Source: Rhizaria sp. SCN 62-66 (lineage: Eukaryota). Taken from it: 64,000 nucleotides of DNA. The notes beneath the pieces were generated by a model that ran no database searches, was not told the DNA's origin, and saw nothing but the letters and a program-made list of their open reading frames with translations. Below are positions 39,701 through 51,238 of the stretch, piece by piece (position 1 is the first letter of the stretch; each line of letters starts with the position of its first letter). The translations under genes were made by a program, and so were the position numbers. Location: NCBI GenBank assembly GCA_001724265.1, contig MEDY01000139.1, positions 1 through 64,000 on the forward strand. The letters are read 5' to 3'.

Positions 39701-41427
39701 GTGCGCACGCACGCGCCCGGTCACCTGCACCGCCGCCCCAAGCGCGCCCCCTCGGTCGCCAACTCGACCAACTCGACCGCGGCGGCGGGCAACGACAACG
39801 GCAGCGGCGCCGCGGTGGTCGCCATCAACCGCAACGAGAATGTGCGGCTGACGACGCGCGGCGACCAGACCTGTCTGCGCATCGCGTCCTCGTCGTCCTC
39901 GGCGGCGGGCGGCGCCGCGGCTACGGACGCGGCCGTCGCGGGCGGCGCCGTGGCGGGCCTTGCGCCGACCATTGCCTCTGTCGCCGCGGAGGACGACGAC
40001 GACGACCACCGCGCGAACGGCGCCGTGCGCGGCCGCCGCCAGCGCAACGGCGGCAACACCAACGTCGATGATGATGACGATGACGACGACGGCGGCAGTG
40101 CTAGTGGCGACGACGACGCCGGCGACGACGACAACTACAACACCGGCGAGATGAGCGGCGACGGCGGCGACAGCTACTCGCTGCACAACCTCCGCAGTGG
40201 CGCGGCGCACCTCCACAGCAGCAGCAGCTCCAACCTTAACGCGCTCCCCAGCCACAGCGGGCGTAACGGCGACAGTGGCGCGGCCGGCGTGTCGGTGGGC
40301 GACGCGAGTGCGCTCGTGTACGATGGCAACGGCGTGCGCTACCCGCCCGCGGCGCCCGCGTCGGTGCGCCTGGCCACCCACAGCGGCAAGCAGCGCCGCA
40401 GCACTGGTGGCGTCCACGGCGGCGGCGCCGGTGCCGGCGGCGCGGGCAGCGGCGGCAGCGTCAGCGGGAACCCCGGCCGGTCGCGGCCCCGCGCGCACAC
40501 GCACGCGCGCGACACGTCGGCCTACTCCGCGACCGCGACTGTCGCGGTCAACGACGGCGCTGCGGCCGCCGACAACGCGGTTGCGGCCGCGCCAGCGCCG
40601 TCGGCGAGAGCGGCCGACGGACTGCCGCTGCAGCATCAGCACCACCGCAACCGCAGCAGCGGGCGCTTCGGCAGCACGCTGACGGCGGCGGGGGGCAGCC
40701 CCGTCACGCCGGGGCTTGGCCTCAGCGGCCGCCCGGGCTCTGGCGCCGTGGGAGCCGCCGCGGGCGGGCTGCGCACGGGCATGATGTCGGTCGGCCGCGG
40801 TGAGTCGAGCCTCTGCGGCGACACGCCCACGGCGAACGACCACGACGACGACGACGAGCACGACGGACTGAGCGACAACGGCGTGGGCCCCACGCCCGTG
40901 CGCTCGCCGTCGCCGTCGTACTCGTTCTTCTCCGCTGTGTCCTCGTCCACGGCGCACCACGATGCGTACCCGGCCGCGCACACGCTCACGCACGCCGCGT
41001 CGCTGCGCCCAGCGCCCTCGCTCGCCGCCGCGCCGCCCGCGCGCGCCTCGGCCGCCGCCGCTGCCGCAGTGCTGCTGCCGCCGCGCGCGCAGGATTGGCA
41101 CGCGGGCGGCTCGCGCGCGGCGCCCGCGGCAACAACCACAGCTGCGACCAAGGCGGCCGCCGCCGCTGCCGCTGCCGCGCACGCCGCTGCCGCCGCCGCC
41201 GTCGCCGCTGCTGCTGCCGCCGCGGCCGCCGCTGCGGAGGCTGAAGCTGAGGCCGAGGCCGAGGCCCAAGCCGTCGCCGCCGCCGCCGAGGCCGCCGCCG
41301 CCGCCGCTGCCGCAGCCTCTGCGTCCGCGTCAATCTCCGGCAGCAGCCTGCCTCCCGCCGCAGTGGCCTCTAAACCACTTGCCTCGTCGACGGCGGCGGC
41401 GGCGGCGGCGGCTGACAGCACGCGCGC

Positions 41428-41510
<83 letters not shown>

Positions 41511-43678
41511 TGCTGCTGCCGCGGCTGGCCAACGTCGCGAGCGACGGGCTGGGCACTGACGACACGGACATCGTGCCCCCCGCCTCGGCCGCCGCAGACG
41601 CCGCCGCCACGGCCGCGTTTGCCGCCGCGGCCGCCAACCCCAGCGTCAGCGCCGGCGCCGGCGCCGGTGCCGCTCTCGCGGGCCCGGCCGCTCTCGATGA
41701 CGCTGAGTCGGCCGGTGCGGCCGCGACGACGGGCACGAGCGTGACGCCGTGGGCGGGACAGCCGATCGCGCGCGGCACGGCGTACGCGCCCTTCGCGCTG
41801 CCCTTCCGGGCGGGCTTCTCGCTGCAGTGGCCGCCTGCGGACGCGCGCGTCGATGCAATGCCGCTGCCCGTGCAGCGCCATTCTGACGGCGCATGTAGCA
41901 ACAATAGCAACAACAACAACAACGGCATCAGCAACAACAGCAGCAGCTGCGTCGGCGTCGGCGGCGGCATGAGCGCCGAGGAGGAGTATGCGGCCGTGAT
42001 CGCGGCCGCGCCCGTGGTGGTGGTGACCAAGCCTGACCCGCGCAGCGCGCGCTCGCGCCACCGCCGCGCGGCCTCGTTCTTCGCGGTCACCGCGTCCAGT
42101 TACTGCTCGTCCACGTCGGGGCTCACCTACGGCAGCAACGACGGCGACAACAGCGACAGCCGCGACATGACCGCGGCGGCCAGGGGCCCGCTCCCGGCGC
42201 TGTCGCTGGTGCCGGGGCTGTGTCCCGCCGCGCTGGCGTCGCCGACCTTCGACCCGTTCCTGTACTCGGACGCGGACCTCGCCGTGGGCGCCTACGCCGC
42301 GCTCGTGCACGCGGGTGCGTTGTCGTTGCTCAAGTGCAACGCTGCCACGCTACAGAACTTCGTGCTCTCCGTGTCGGGACTGTACCGCAATAACCCGTTC
42401 CACAACTTCCGCCACGGATTTTCCGTGTTTCAGTTCTCCTTCGCACTGCTCGCGCACGCCTCCGAGTCGCTGCCCGCCTTCCCGGAGCTCCCGTTCTGCT
42501 CCTTTAACCACGGTAGAAGCAGCGGCATCAGCGCGGCCGCAGCGGTGTCGCCGTGTGACGCCGACGCAGCAGCCGCCGCAGCCAACGCCGCGGGCGCGGC
42601 TGCGGCGGAGGAGGCGTCGCTGCCTATGATCCCCGTCCCCGTGGCAGCGGCGAATCCACTGTGGGCGCTGCCGGCGCTTGACGCGTTGTGCCTGCTACTG
42701 GCATCCTTTTGCCACGACATCGACCACCCGGGTAACACGAACATGTTCGAGACGGCGACCAACTCGCCCATCGCGACCATGCACAACGACCTGGCCGTGC
42801 TAGAGAACCACCACGCATGCACGACCAACATGCTGCTGCGGCGCCCCGACAGCGCCATCTTCTCCGCACTGCCCGCGGCCGAGCAGCGCGGTGCGCGCAG
42901 CATGATCACGCAGGCCATTCTCGCCACGGACATGACGGCGCACATGGACTCGCTCAAGAAGATCTCCAGCTACGAGTCCTTTTCCTCGGGCTACGACCTC
43001 GCCGTGGCGGGCGACCGGCAGGCGCTGGTGAACCTGGTGGTGCACACGGCGGACCTGAGCGGCCAGCTCTACCCGCTGCCCGTGGCGCTGCTGTGGGAGC
43101 GCGGCATCAGCGAGGAGTTTGCCCGCCAGGCCTGCATGGAAGAGCTGGCCGGGCTCGCGCCGCTGCCGTTCATGAAGAACCTGGACCAGATGCGCCCGCG
43201 CTGCCAGGGCCAGGTCGGCTTTATCGACTTCGTCGTCGCGCCCTGGTGGCGCCACCTCTCGCGACTGCTGCCTGAGATGAACTGCTGCGCCGTGCAGCTG
43301 CGCGAGAATAGGGACTATTACGCCGCTATGGTCCAGAGCATCGACGCAGACACCGCGGCCGCCGCCGAGGCCGCAAAGGCCCAGGCGGCTGCGGACGGCG
43401 ACGCTGCGGCTGCTGCGGCTGCCGCTGCCACTGCTGCAAATGTGGCTTAGCAGGCCGCTGGTGCAGCCGCGGGCAGCGACGGCAACAAGGATAAGAGCGG
43501 CCCGCAACAAGACGCCGCCGCTGCTGCCGCTTCTGGAGGCGCGGGTGCCAAGGCACCGGGGTGCGCGCATGGGGGCGAGTGGGTGACGCAGGACTTCTGG
43601 CAGTGCAAGCAGCGGCTGGAGCTGATTCCCGGTCCGGTGCAGCACGAGGACGACTGCGACAACTGCGATCGCCCGTAA
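32102..43678 (+). CDS. Giant GAF-domain class I cyclic-nucleotide phosphodiesterase (~3858 aa) with in-frame TAG at 43448-43450
   Basis: GAF motifs (LNIPDAYADPRF...RSVLTVPV...VAVIQAINK; LLIPDAYQDPRF...TGYRTRSMLCMPI). Catalytic motifs YRNNPFHNFRHG, CHDIDHPGNTN, VLENHH, ILATDM, HTADLS, EEFARQ, QVGFIDFVV. After the TAG, 75 more GC-rich sense codons run to TAA 43676-43678. Confidence 0.9.
41429..41509 (+). repeat. Perfect (CAG)27 coding microsatellite (polyQ) in the PDE gene
   Basis: 81 nt of uninterrupted CAG, in frame as Q27. Confidence 0.95.
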
Positions 43679-44344
43679 TATTGAACTGTACCTTACTTAT
43701 CTTCGCAATACGTGATACGTGTTACGTATAACGCACAACTAACTATTACACACCACAAACAAAAATACTACAACCGCCTCTTTTTTCACAGGTTTATGAT
43801 TACACGCAAGAAACTGTTTGCTCCTAGTCTAAGATTTTTTGTTTTGCCTTCTCTCTCGCTTTAGTTGTTTTTTTTTTTCTTCACCAACCCCATTTAAGAA
43901 TAGTAAATTGTGATGCATTTTTTATCTGTCTTGATTTTGGAACAACCTATGACGTTGTTATTTTTGTATTTCGTGTCTTAGAACATGCTGGATGTTGTTG
44001 TCTCTAAAAATAAGTGCTTTGTTATTGATGTGATGCGACGAACAACAATACACATGTATCATCTGCGTTATGCTATATTCATGCAGATCTTGATGAGTGA
44101 GGCTAATACAAATGACGATGACAAAGCCTGACGCCCATAATGTACACTTGCAATGATACTGAGAAATCCGATTGGGGCCGATCAAATTATTTGCTTGTCA
44201 TACAAAACACACAACATGAAACATAGCATCATAGTAGAAGAAAATAAGAAATCAAAACCAATAATTTATTCAGAATAATTTGACAAAATCACTACAACAA
44301 AAAATTATTCCAAAATAAACGCATATTTATCATTAAAGTTCATT

Positions 44345-46705
44345 TTAGGCGCCAGAGAGCTTGACCTGCTCGAGGCGCTCGAGGAAGCCAGGGTTGGTCT
44401 TCTCGTTCTTGACACGATAGATGCGGACCATCCAATGCTCGGAAGTGAATGCCTCCTCAATGTAGTCGAGCTTGATGTCCTTGTCTCCGACCTCGGAGTG
44501 GCGCACGCGGTCATAGCCATTGTTGCCGTGGCCCTCGGCGAACTTGTGGTAGCACATCTTGTACATGAGCGAGTTGCGCATGCGGGGCGACGCCGAGCGG
44601 TCAATGCGGTACCCGCCCTGCGCGTTGTAGTAGTCGTTCTCAACAACTTCGGGAAACACGCCACCGGAAATGCGCACCATCCACAGGAACTTGTTGATAT
44701 CGTCGCTCGAGTACCCAATGCGGCCGCCGAAGACGACGAGCACGTAGTCGACGTCGAGCGCACGCATGACTTCGTACGCGCGCTCCTCGGTCGACGCCAT
44801 GGCGAGGCCGACGGTGGCGATGTGCGTGTTGTTGCGCGTGTTGTTGTCGACGATGACAGTGCGGTTGGCCATCTCGGTGATCTGGTAGCCGTAGTCCCAC
44901 CAGCTCATGATGCGCGCGTGCGCGGGCGTGTTGTGGCGCAACCACGTGTAGCCCTCGCGGAAGTCGTCGAAGTAGATGCGCTCACCGCTGCCGCCGTTGG
45001 CCATGAGCACGATGGACGGGGACGAGTACGCGGTCTGCGTCACCCACGTGCAGTGGATCACGTAGAAGTAGAAGAGCACGGTGAGGAAGCCGATGACGAG
45101 CATGGCGATGAGCGACGACACGCGCGGGCGGCCAGTCACCACAGACGCGGGCGCCTTGCCGGGCGCGTTGGTCGTCGTCACAGCAGCCTTGCTGCCCGAA
45201 GAAACTGAGGAGGAGTCGTCGCTGGCGTTGGCAGGAACAGCCTTGCCGAGCGCGTTGGCGGTGATAACGTCGCAGTAGGTGGAGAGGAGCACGTTGACGC
45301 CGACGCCGGCGAGCACGCACGCGATGGGCGTGAGCACGAGCACAAGACGCACCATGATGGACGCGAAGTAGGACGCGAACACGGCGTAGATGAGGGCGAA
45401 GATGTTGGCGTCAGTGAGGTGCTTGAAGCAGAAATACATGCCGACGGGGACGAAAAAGACGACGCAGTGCAGGTCGAAGAAGAACGTCGTCCATGGCGAG
45501 GGCTGGTGCTCCGACACGGACTTGACAATAGCGATGTTCGAGGTCGCGCCGAGCAGCGAGAGCAGGCGTGCGGTGAAGAACGGGACCTTGCCGAGCGCGG
45601 CGGCGACGACGAGCAGCGACACGGCGGCGATTACCAGCAGCACGGTGGAGCGGAACAGCAGCTGGATGTGCTTGGCAGAGAGCAGAGTGCGAAGCCAGGA
45701 GACAAACATGAAGACCTGCATGAGGCCGAACATGCCCAGCGCGGCGATGTGCTCGGGCGACGTCGAGAAGGGCTGGAAACCGACGAACTGGACCTGCATC
45801 GACATCAGCGTGCCCAGCACGTAAAACGTGCAGTAGGAGACATACAGACGGCTTGAGAAGCGGCCGGCAATCATGAGCGCAAAGGCGTGCATGGGAATGA
45901 TGTTGATAATGAAGATGTAGCCACCCCACGCAGCGACCATGTTGAAGTAGCCCAGCGCGGCGGCCGCGGCCCATAACATGGAGCCTGTGTTGACTGCCTT
46001 GACCCAGAGGTAGAAGCAGAAGACGAGCGCGAAGATGGCAACGGCTTCGTTGTCGAAGGAGCCGGCGACGGAGCGGGAAATGTAGCCCGGCGCAACGGAC
46101 ATAAAGGCGGCGGCGATAATGCCCGCGCCGCCGTTCCAGACCTGAGCCGTGAGGAGGTACGTGGCGAGGACCGTGAGCGAGGCCATGAAAGGCGAGAGGA
46201 AGACGCAGACGTTGCGGATGTGCGCAGTAAAGTGCAGCACGTTGTGCAGAAAGTGGAAAAACAGCGCGGCAGTCCACATGAGGCCCGGGTAGACGGTGCC
46301 ACCGACGAAGCGGCCGATAGGAACCCAGGTCATGTCGTCGAACCAGTTGTGGAAGGCGTAGAAGCCGTTCTCGACGAGGTACTTGGTGGAGCGGAAGTTG
46401 AACTGCGGGTCGAACTCATGAATAAGAGCGCCGTAGGTCAGAGGAGCAAAGAGACGAACACAGAAAGCTACACAGCAGCGGAGACACGAGGGGGAGAGAA
46501 GGATCCGGGTGTGAGTTAGGAGCTTCTATCGGAAAAGCGTGCAAATGTTTGTGGATTATGGCGGAGAAAAGGACGTACCAACGGTGCAAAGACCGAGAAG
46601 GATAACGGCATGAACGACAAACTCACTGCGACCGATGAAGGTCGACAGGAAGCCGTCGTTTGTCTGGTCGGATCCCTTTTTGGGAGAAGCGGCGACCACC
46701 GACAT
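44345..46705 (-). CDS. STT3: Oligosaccharyltransferase catalytic subunit STT3 (749 aa); exons 46579-46705 and 44345-46467
   Basis: IHEFDPQFNFR, GRFVGGTVYPGLM, SRSVAGSFDNEAVAIF, SVSEHQP, SWWDYGYQI, VDNNTRN, DINKFLWMVRI. Intron 46468-46578 (GTACGT...TGTAG). Ends at TAA. Confidence 0.96.
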
Positions 46706-47634
46706 GGCTATGGCGAAAGGAAGAAGTGCGAATGGGCGTAGAGGAGTGTCATTGAGTTTTCTTGGCGTACAATTACAGCGGACACATATTAGCTCGATAT
46801 TAATGCAGGATTTCGAAATGTCATTTTTAAGCACTGACGATATGTGGCTATCAAAACGAAAACAAATCGGCTGAGGTGGCTGACCGCTTCGTTCGTTCAG
46901 ATCTATTTCGCGTGGTTCCGAAAAATTAACCTGTGGCACATTGCGTGTTGCGTGGGTGTGACTTAAAAAGTTCGCTCCAACACTTAAACAAAGCATTTGT
47001 GGAAATTTGATGTGCTTTGTTCAACGTGAATCAAACATAATTTATTAGATAATACATTTTTACCCTGTATTTCTCTCTGATCTGTGATCCCATGCGTCCA
47101 AGTCACTAGTTAGTTACGTTGCGTCATATTCTGCCTCAGTATTAAGTCAGTTGTCGCAATTTGCAAAACTATTCCGACTGCTGCCACGCGATGAAAGATA
47201 AAATAAGTGATACTATACATCATAAACAGAATATTATCTGCGCAAAAACCATATGTGGTTGATCATCACCTTAGCCATACCGAGTGCCCTTCTCGTCCTA
47301 ACAGTACACGTTCCGCCAAGGGCTCATCGTCACTGTTATCGTTCACCGGCCGAGTCTTCGGGATGAAAAAAACCATGCGGCTGATGGGGATTGCGCTGCG
47401 CAGCAGGCGTTTGACTGAACCAGAAAGCCGAGGTTTCCAATTCAGTTATCTCTCTTCGCGCATGTTGCGCATCGCAGATCGGTGCCTCGATTAATTTGCT
47501 AAAATACATATTTGATACGCCAAGAATCCTTACATGATGACATGAACAAGATAAGAATTTAACGCGTAACGTGATTTTCTACCTCGTAATTCTCAATCAC
47601 ATGCACTATTTCGCTTGAAAATAGGCAGTATGCG

Positions 47635-50157
47635 TTAGCAGCGAATATGCACTGCCTATCCAATAGCACCACAGCACCTCCTCGACAAAGCCGCCTCAAA
47701 GTGCTTCACAATTGCAGCGCTGAAAAGTTCCCGCTTACGATTGTCATCTGCGCGAGCCTCACCCACGCGAGCATCGTCATAATAAGCGTCGTTGTCCTCC
47801 CACGCGCCTTTTGGCACACACGACACGACGCGACCAACGGGGACCGCGCCACGGAGCAGGCGTTTCGGGCACGGCTTAAAGACAATGAACCACGGTGAGT
47901 CATGCGATTCGAACACGTTTAATGAGGGAAGCGCACTGCGGGGGTACATCAGCACCGTGCCGACCGGGTAAATCACAGAGGAGGCGCCCGCGCTCGCGTC
48001 AGCATGCGCAGAGTCCGGTGCGTACTCGCCGTAGACTACGTCAGTTTCAGGAAGCAATCCCGGTGGGGTAAAACAAGGAACGTCGGAATGCAAGCGGAAT
48101 AGAGCGAGGAACGGCAGCGACGCAGCAGTTTCAACGAGACCCTGAGGCACAAAACAAGTGTGGAGCCTGGTGCCGAGGGCGCTGGTGGACGCTGCCACAC
48201 GGAAATACGCGGCGTTACACGGAAACCTTGTGTCGTCGATCCGGATCCCCATTTCGTAGTCGTTCTGCCGCCGGTCAGAGTGGTCCAGATACATCGAAAA
48301 ATTCAAGTCTAACCCCCTGTACGTGTGCTCAAAGGCCGCGACCAGAGTGCATTCACGCGCCCTGGCCTGTAGCAGAGACAACAGTGCGGGGGACGGCGTC
48401 GTACGAGCGCGCGATTGCGGAGAGTGTGCTTCATTATCGACATCACCATCGTCACAGTCGCGGTTCTCGTCCTTCGCATCTGGTGGCGGGCAGCCACTTT
48501 GTTCCAGAGTACACGAGATGTATGCATCAAATGCGGCACGCCAATCCTTTTGCGACTGCATAAACACCTGAAGCTCTGCAAGCGTTTGCAGGCGAAGCTG
48601 TTCCGTTTCTTCGGTATCCGGTGCAATCACTGCCATCCTTGCAAGGAGAGCCCGTAGCTGCGCCAGATCTTGCATCACAAGGTCGCCACCGCTCGTTTGC
48701 AGGCACTCATCGTAGCGCAGCAGCTCAAGTGCTTGTAACCCATTCTCAGCAATGAACTGTGCCAAAAAGGGGTTCCGCGGCGCAGCGCCCCTATTCCGCA
48801 CTGCAGGGCCAGGCGACGTGTCACTGGTACTGATCATAGTGCGCAGTACACGCAAAACGCGTGCTACTTTCTTGCCCGTCATGCAATCCAAGGCAGAACG
48901 ACTTTCGCGGTCGTGATGCGTAAGCACAGGATACAAAAGATGCAAACAACAAATCTTCATTGCATCCTTGGCGAGCAAGTCCCGCGCTGCAAGTGTCACA
49001 TCAGGGGCCGATGTGAGAATGTTATCAAACAACCACACCGCGCCGCTGAGCAAGTTGCACGCAAACCGGGAGTTCCCACTGGACTTGTGGTGAGTCCAGT
49101 AAAGGATGTTCGCAAGGCCGCGCGCTTGGGTGATGCGTTGCGCAAACTCAGGGAGTTTGGTTGCTAACTCCGCGAACAGCTCAGTCGCGTTCAGCAGGTC
49201 TTCATAAGAGGTAAACTGTTGTGCATCGACTTGCATAAGAATACGATCAAGGCGAGGCTGCGTGAATGCGAGCGCAACCGTGTCGTCGTCAAACATGTGG
49301 AGATAAAATAGAAGATTTTCTAGGATCCAGCTGTCGGAGATATCAAACATATCATCAAAGCAATTACTGACCACAAAATCCGCGAGATCGCGGCGGCGCT
49401 CTGCGTTATAAGAGTCGTCATCTCCATCAGACTTCAACAAACGGCGCAGCGCAACGACAGACTCAACGTAGACGTGCCGGTCCCGTCCTGAGAGTGACGC
49501 GTGACGCTCAAGAGTGCCGCGGAGCAGAGGGACAAATGCAGACACAGCGGTGTACGGAAGGCGGGACATGATAACCGCACCGGAGTCAAGTGCGGTGATA
49601 ATGGTGGAGATTTCGGTGTGGTAGGCATCGCAGTGAGTCCCAGATGAGCCCAGACGGTGGCACTCTTGCTCATCAATGTCGCGCATGTGCGAAAGCAGAA
49701 GCTCCACTGCAGTCTCCCTCGTAGATAGAGATAAGATCGAGGTCTTTGCAACATCAGCCACAACATGGAGAAGCAAGTGCGTATCTGTGTCGACCTCTTT
49801 CCCAACGACATGAGCGAGGAGCTTCTCAACTACGCTGCATTCGGCGAGCAAGTCGTTTCCACTGAAGACAATGTCGCCAGATTGCGCCGGGAAACAGTCA
49901 GACAGTCTTTTAAGCAGAGCAACAATGAGGCGAAGTCGCCTATTGCCGACGTCTACGGTGCCGCAGGGCTCAAGCGATTGCAGGAGGAGTGGGATGACCC
50001 CACCCTCCTGGAGCACGCCGATTGCGCCCTCAGGACATCGAGCAATCGACTCCGTGAGTTGAAATATAGCAGAGTCGCCAACCTCAAGCGTTTTAAGGGA
50101 TATTATACCGGATACCGCATTGTGGAGCTACTTGAGCTAGACTTTCGTACGTTCCAT
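47635..50157 (-). CDS. Unknown ~840 aa protein: ARM/HEAT-like helical N-terminus plus degenerate cyclophilin-like C-terminal domain; in-frame TAGs at 50137-50139, 50128-50130 and 47656-47658
   Basis: The frame of ORF 47656-50016 extends upstream through two TAGs to ATG 50157 (MERTKV*LK*LHNAVSGII...EGGVIPLLLQSL) and downstream through a TAG to TAA 47635-47637. Domain calls are by eye only. Confidence 0.6.
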
Positions 50158-51238
50158 CCTCAACGACGAGATCTTCACAAAGAAGTCAGGCGATGACCAA
50201 AGGAGCAACACGCGAGTAGTAAGCGGAGGGGTCTGTTTGTTACGAAATCGGCAATCTTACGCTCTAACTTCCCACTGGTAGGTCGTGCTGTGTGCACCTT
50301 GTGTGCCTTCTGTGTGAGCGGTTTGTTCGAAGCGAAGTGGACGGTAGTACGCAGTGTTTGTAGTGAGTTTAGGGTTGGGGCTACCTACAACAAGAACAGT
50401 CACGATAGAAATATTATTAACGTGACAAGTCAAAACGCCCAAAAAACCGATGATAAAAGTCACACAGGCACATTGGACGATGTAGTTACTGTGCACAGAA
50501 CGGTTTATATTAACGACACTCTCTGGAGTTAACTTGACACCCCCCAGCCAAGCAGATGACACCATGTATCTTAAGGCCATCATTTTGTGATGTCCTGCTC
50601 GTCAAATCAGGATATGCACGCGGTATCTAGAGGTGTCACTTTTCCAGCAGTTCATTCTTATTTTGGCATTTCTTTGAGACTTTGTTATGTTGCGCACATG
50701 CGTAGTTCCTGGCCGCTCACCTGTGCCGTGTGACTGGGATCGTCCACCACGCTTTCGTTGTCTGAGTGGATTAGATTGTCTACATTAGAGACATATTATT
50801 CGCGTTATTGGTTGATTGATGAGGATTGTATACGCTAATTTTGCATTTTATTGTTCAATCTTCTTCCAGACGCCGCATTAGTGGTGTCTCCCTAGGGCTT
50901 CGTGGTCACTTCCGTTTCTCGGAGACGCGCTAAATATTCATAGGATATTCACATAATGACAAGCATCAATATCATAATTCTTTGATTATGTCACGATTTG
51001 CGCGTTGATACGTCAAATGCCCGGATGTGGACGGTTCATGTTGCAATGTAGTTTCGAAATCGCTATTTATCTTTCGTCGCATAAGCTCATTGCATCTCTC
51101 CTTTTCCTTCCATTTTGCACGTCTGCGCACACAGTTCCAGTTCGCACACACGCTTACCACCCATCGCAGCACTACATCTCGCGACACTGGTACACACTTT
51201 GCATGTGCGCGTCTCGCTTGTGCCCCTAGCAGTAACGA

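Noticed and set aside
4024-43450. Pyrrolysine decoding or A-to-I editing (UAG to UGG) of the TAGs
   Set aside because: Pyrrolysine is known only from archaea and bacteria, and no pyl genes are present. The sites are polar linkers where Trp is unlikely. Editing remains testable by RNA-seq.
32248-43645. Many overlapping Arg/Pro/Cys-rich ORFs in alternative frames of the giant genes
   Set aside because: Shadow frames of GC-rich low-complexity coding sequence.
47207-47494. 95-aa ORF, and similar short ORFs at 50257-50583 and 6377-6641
   Set aside because: No motifs, no clear codon bias and no supported splice structure.
1789-50157. Pseudogene explanation for the TAG-interrupted genes
   Set aside because: All seven interruptions are the same codon, with no frameshifts or TGA/TAA over thousands of codons, and the Fic and PDE catalytic motifs are intact.
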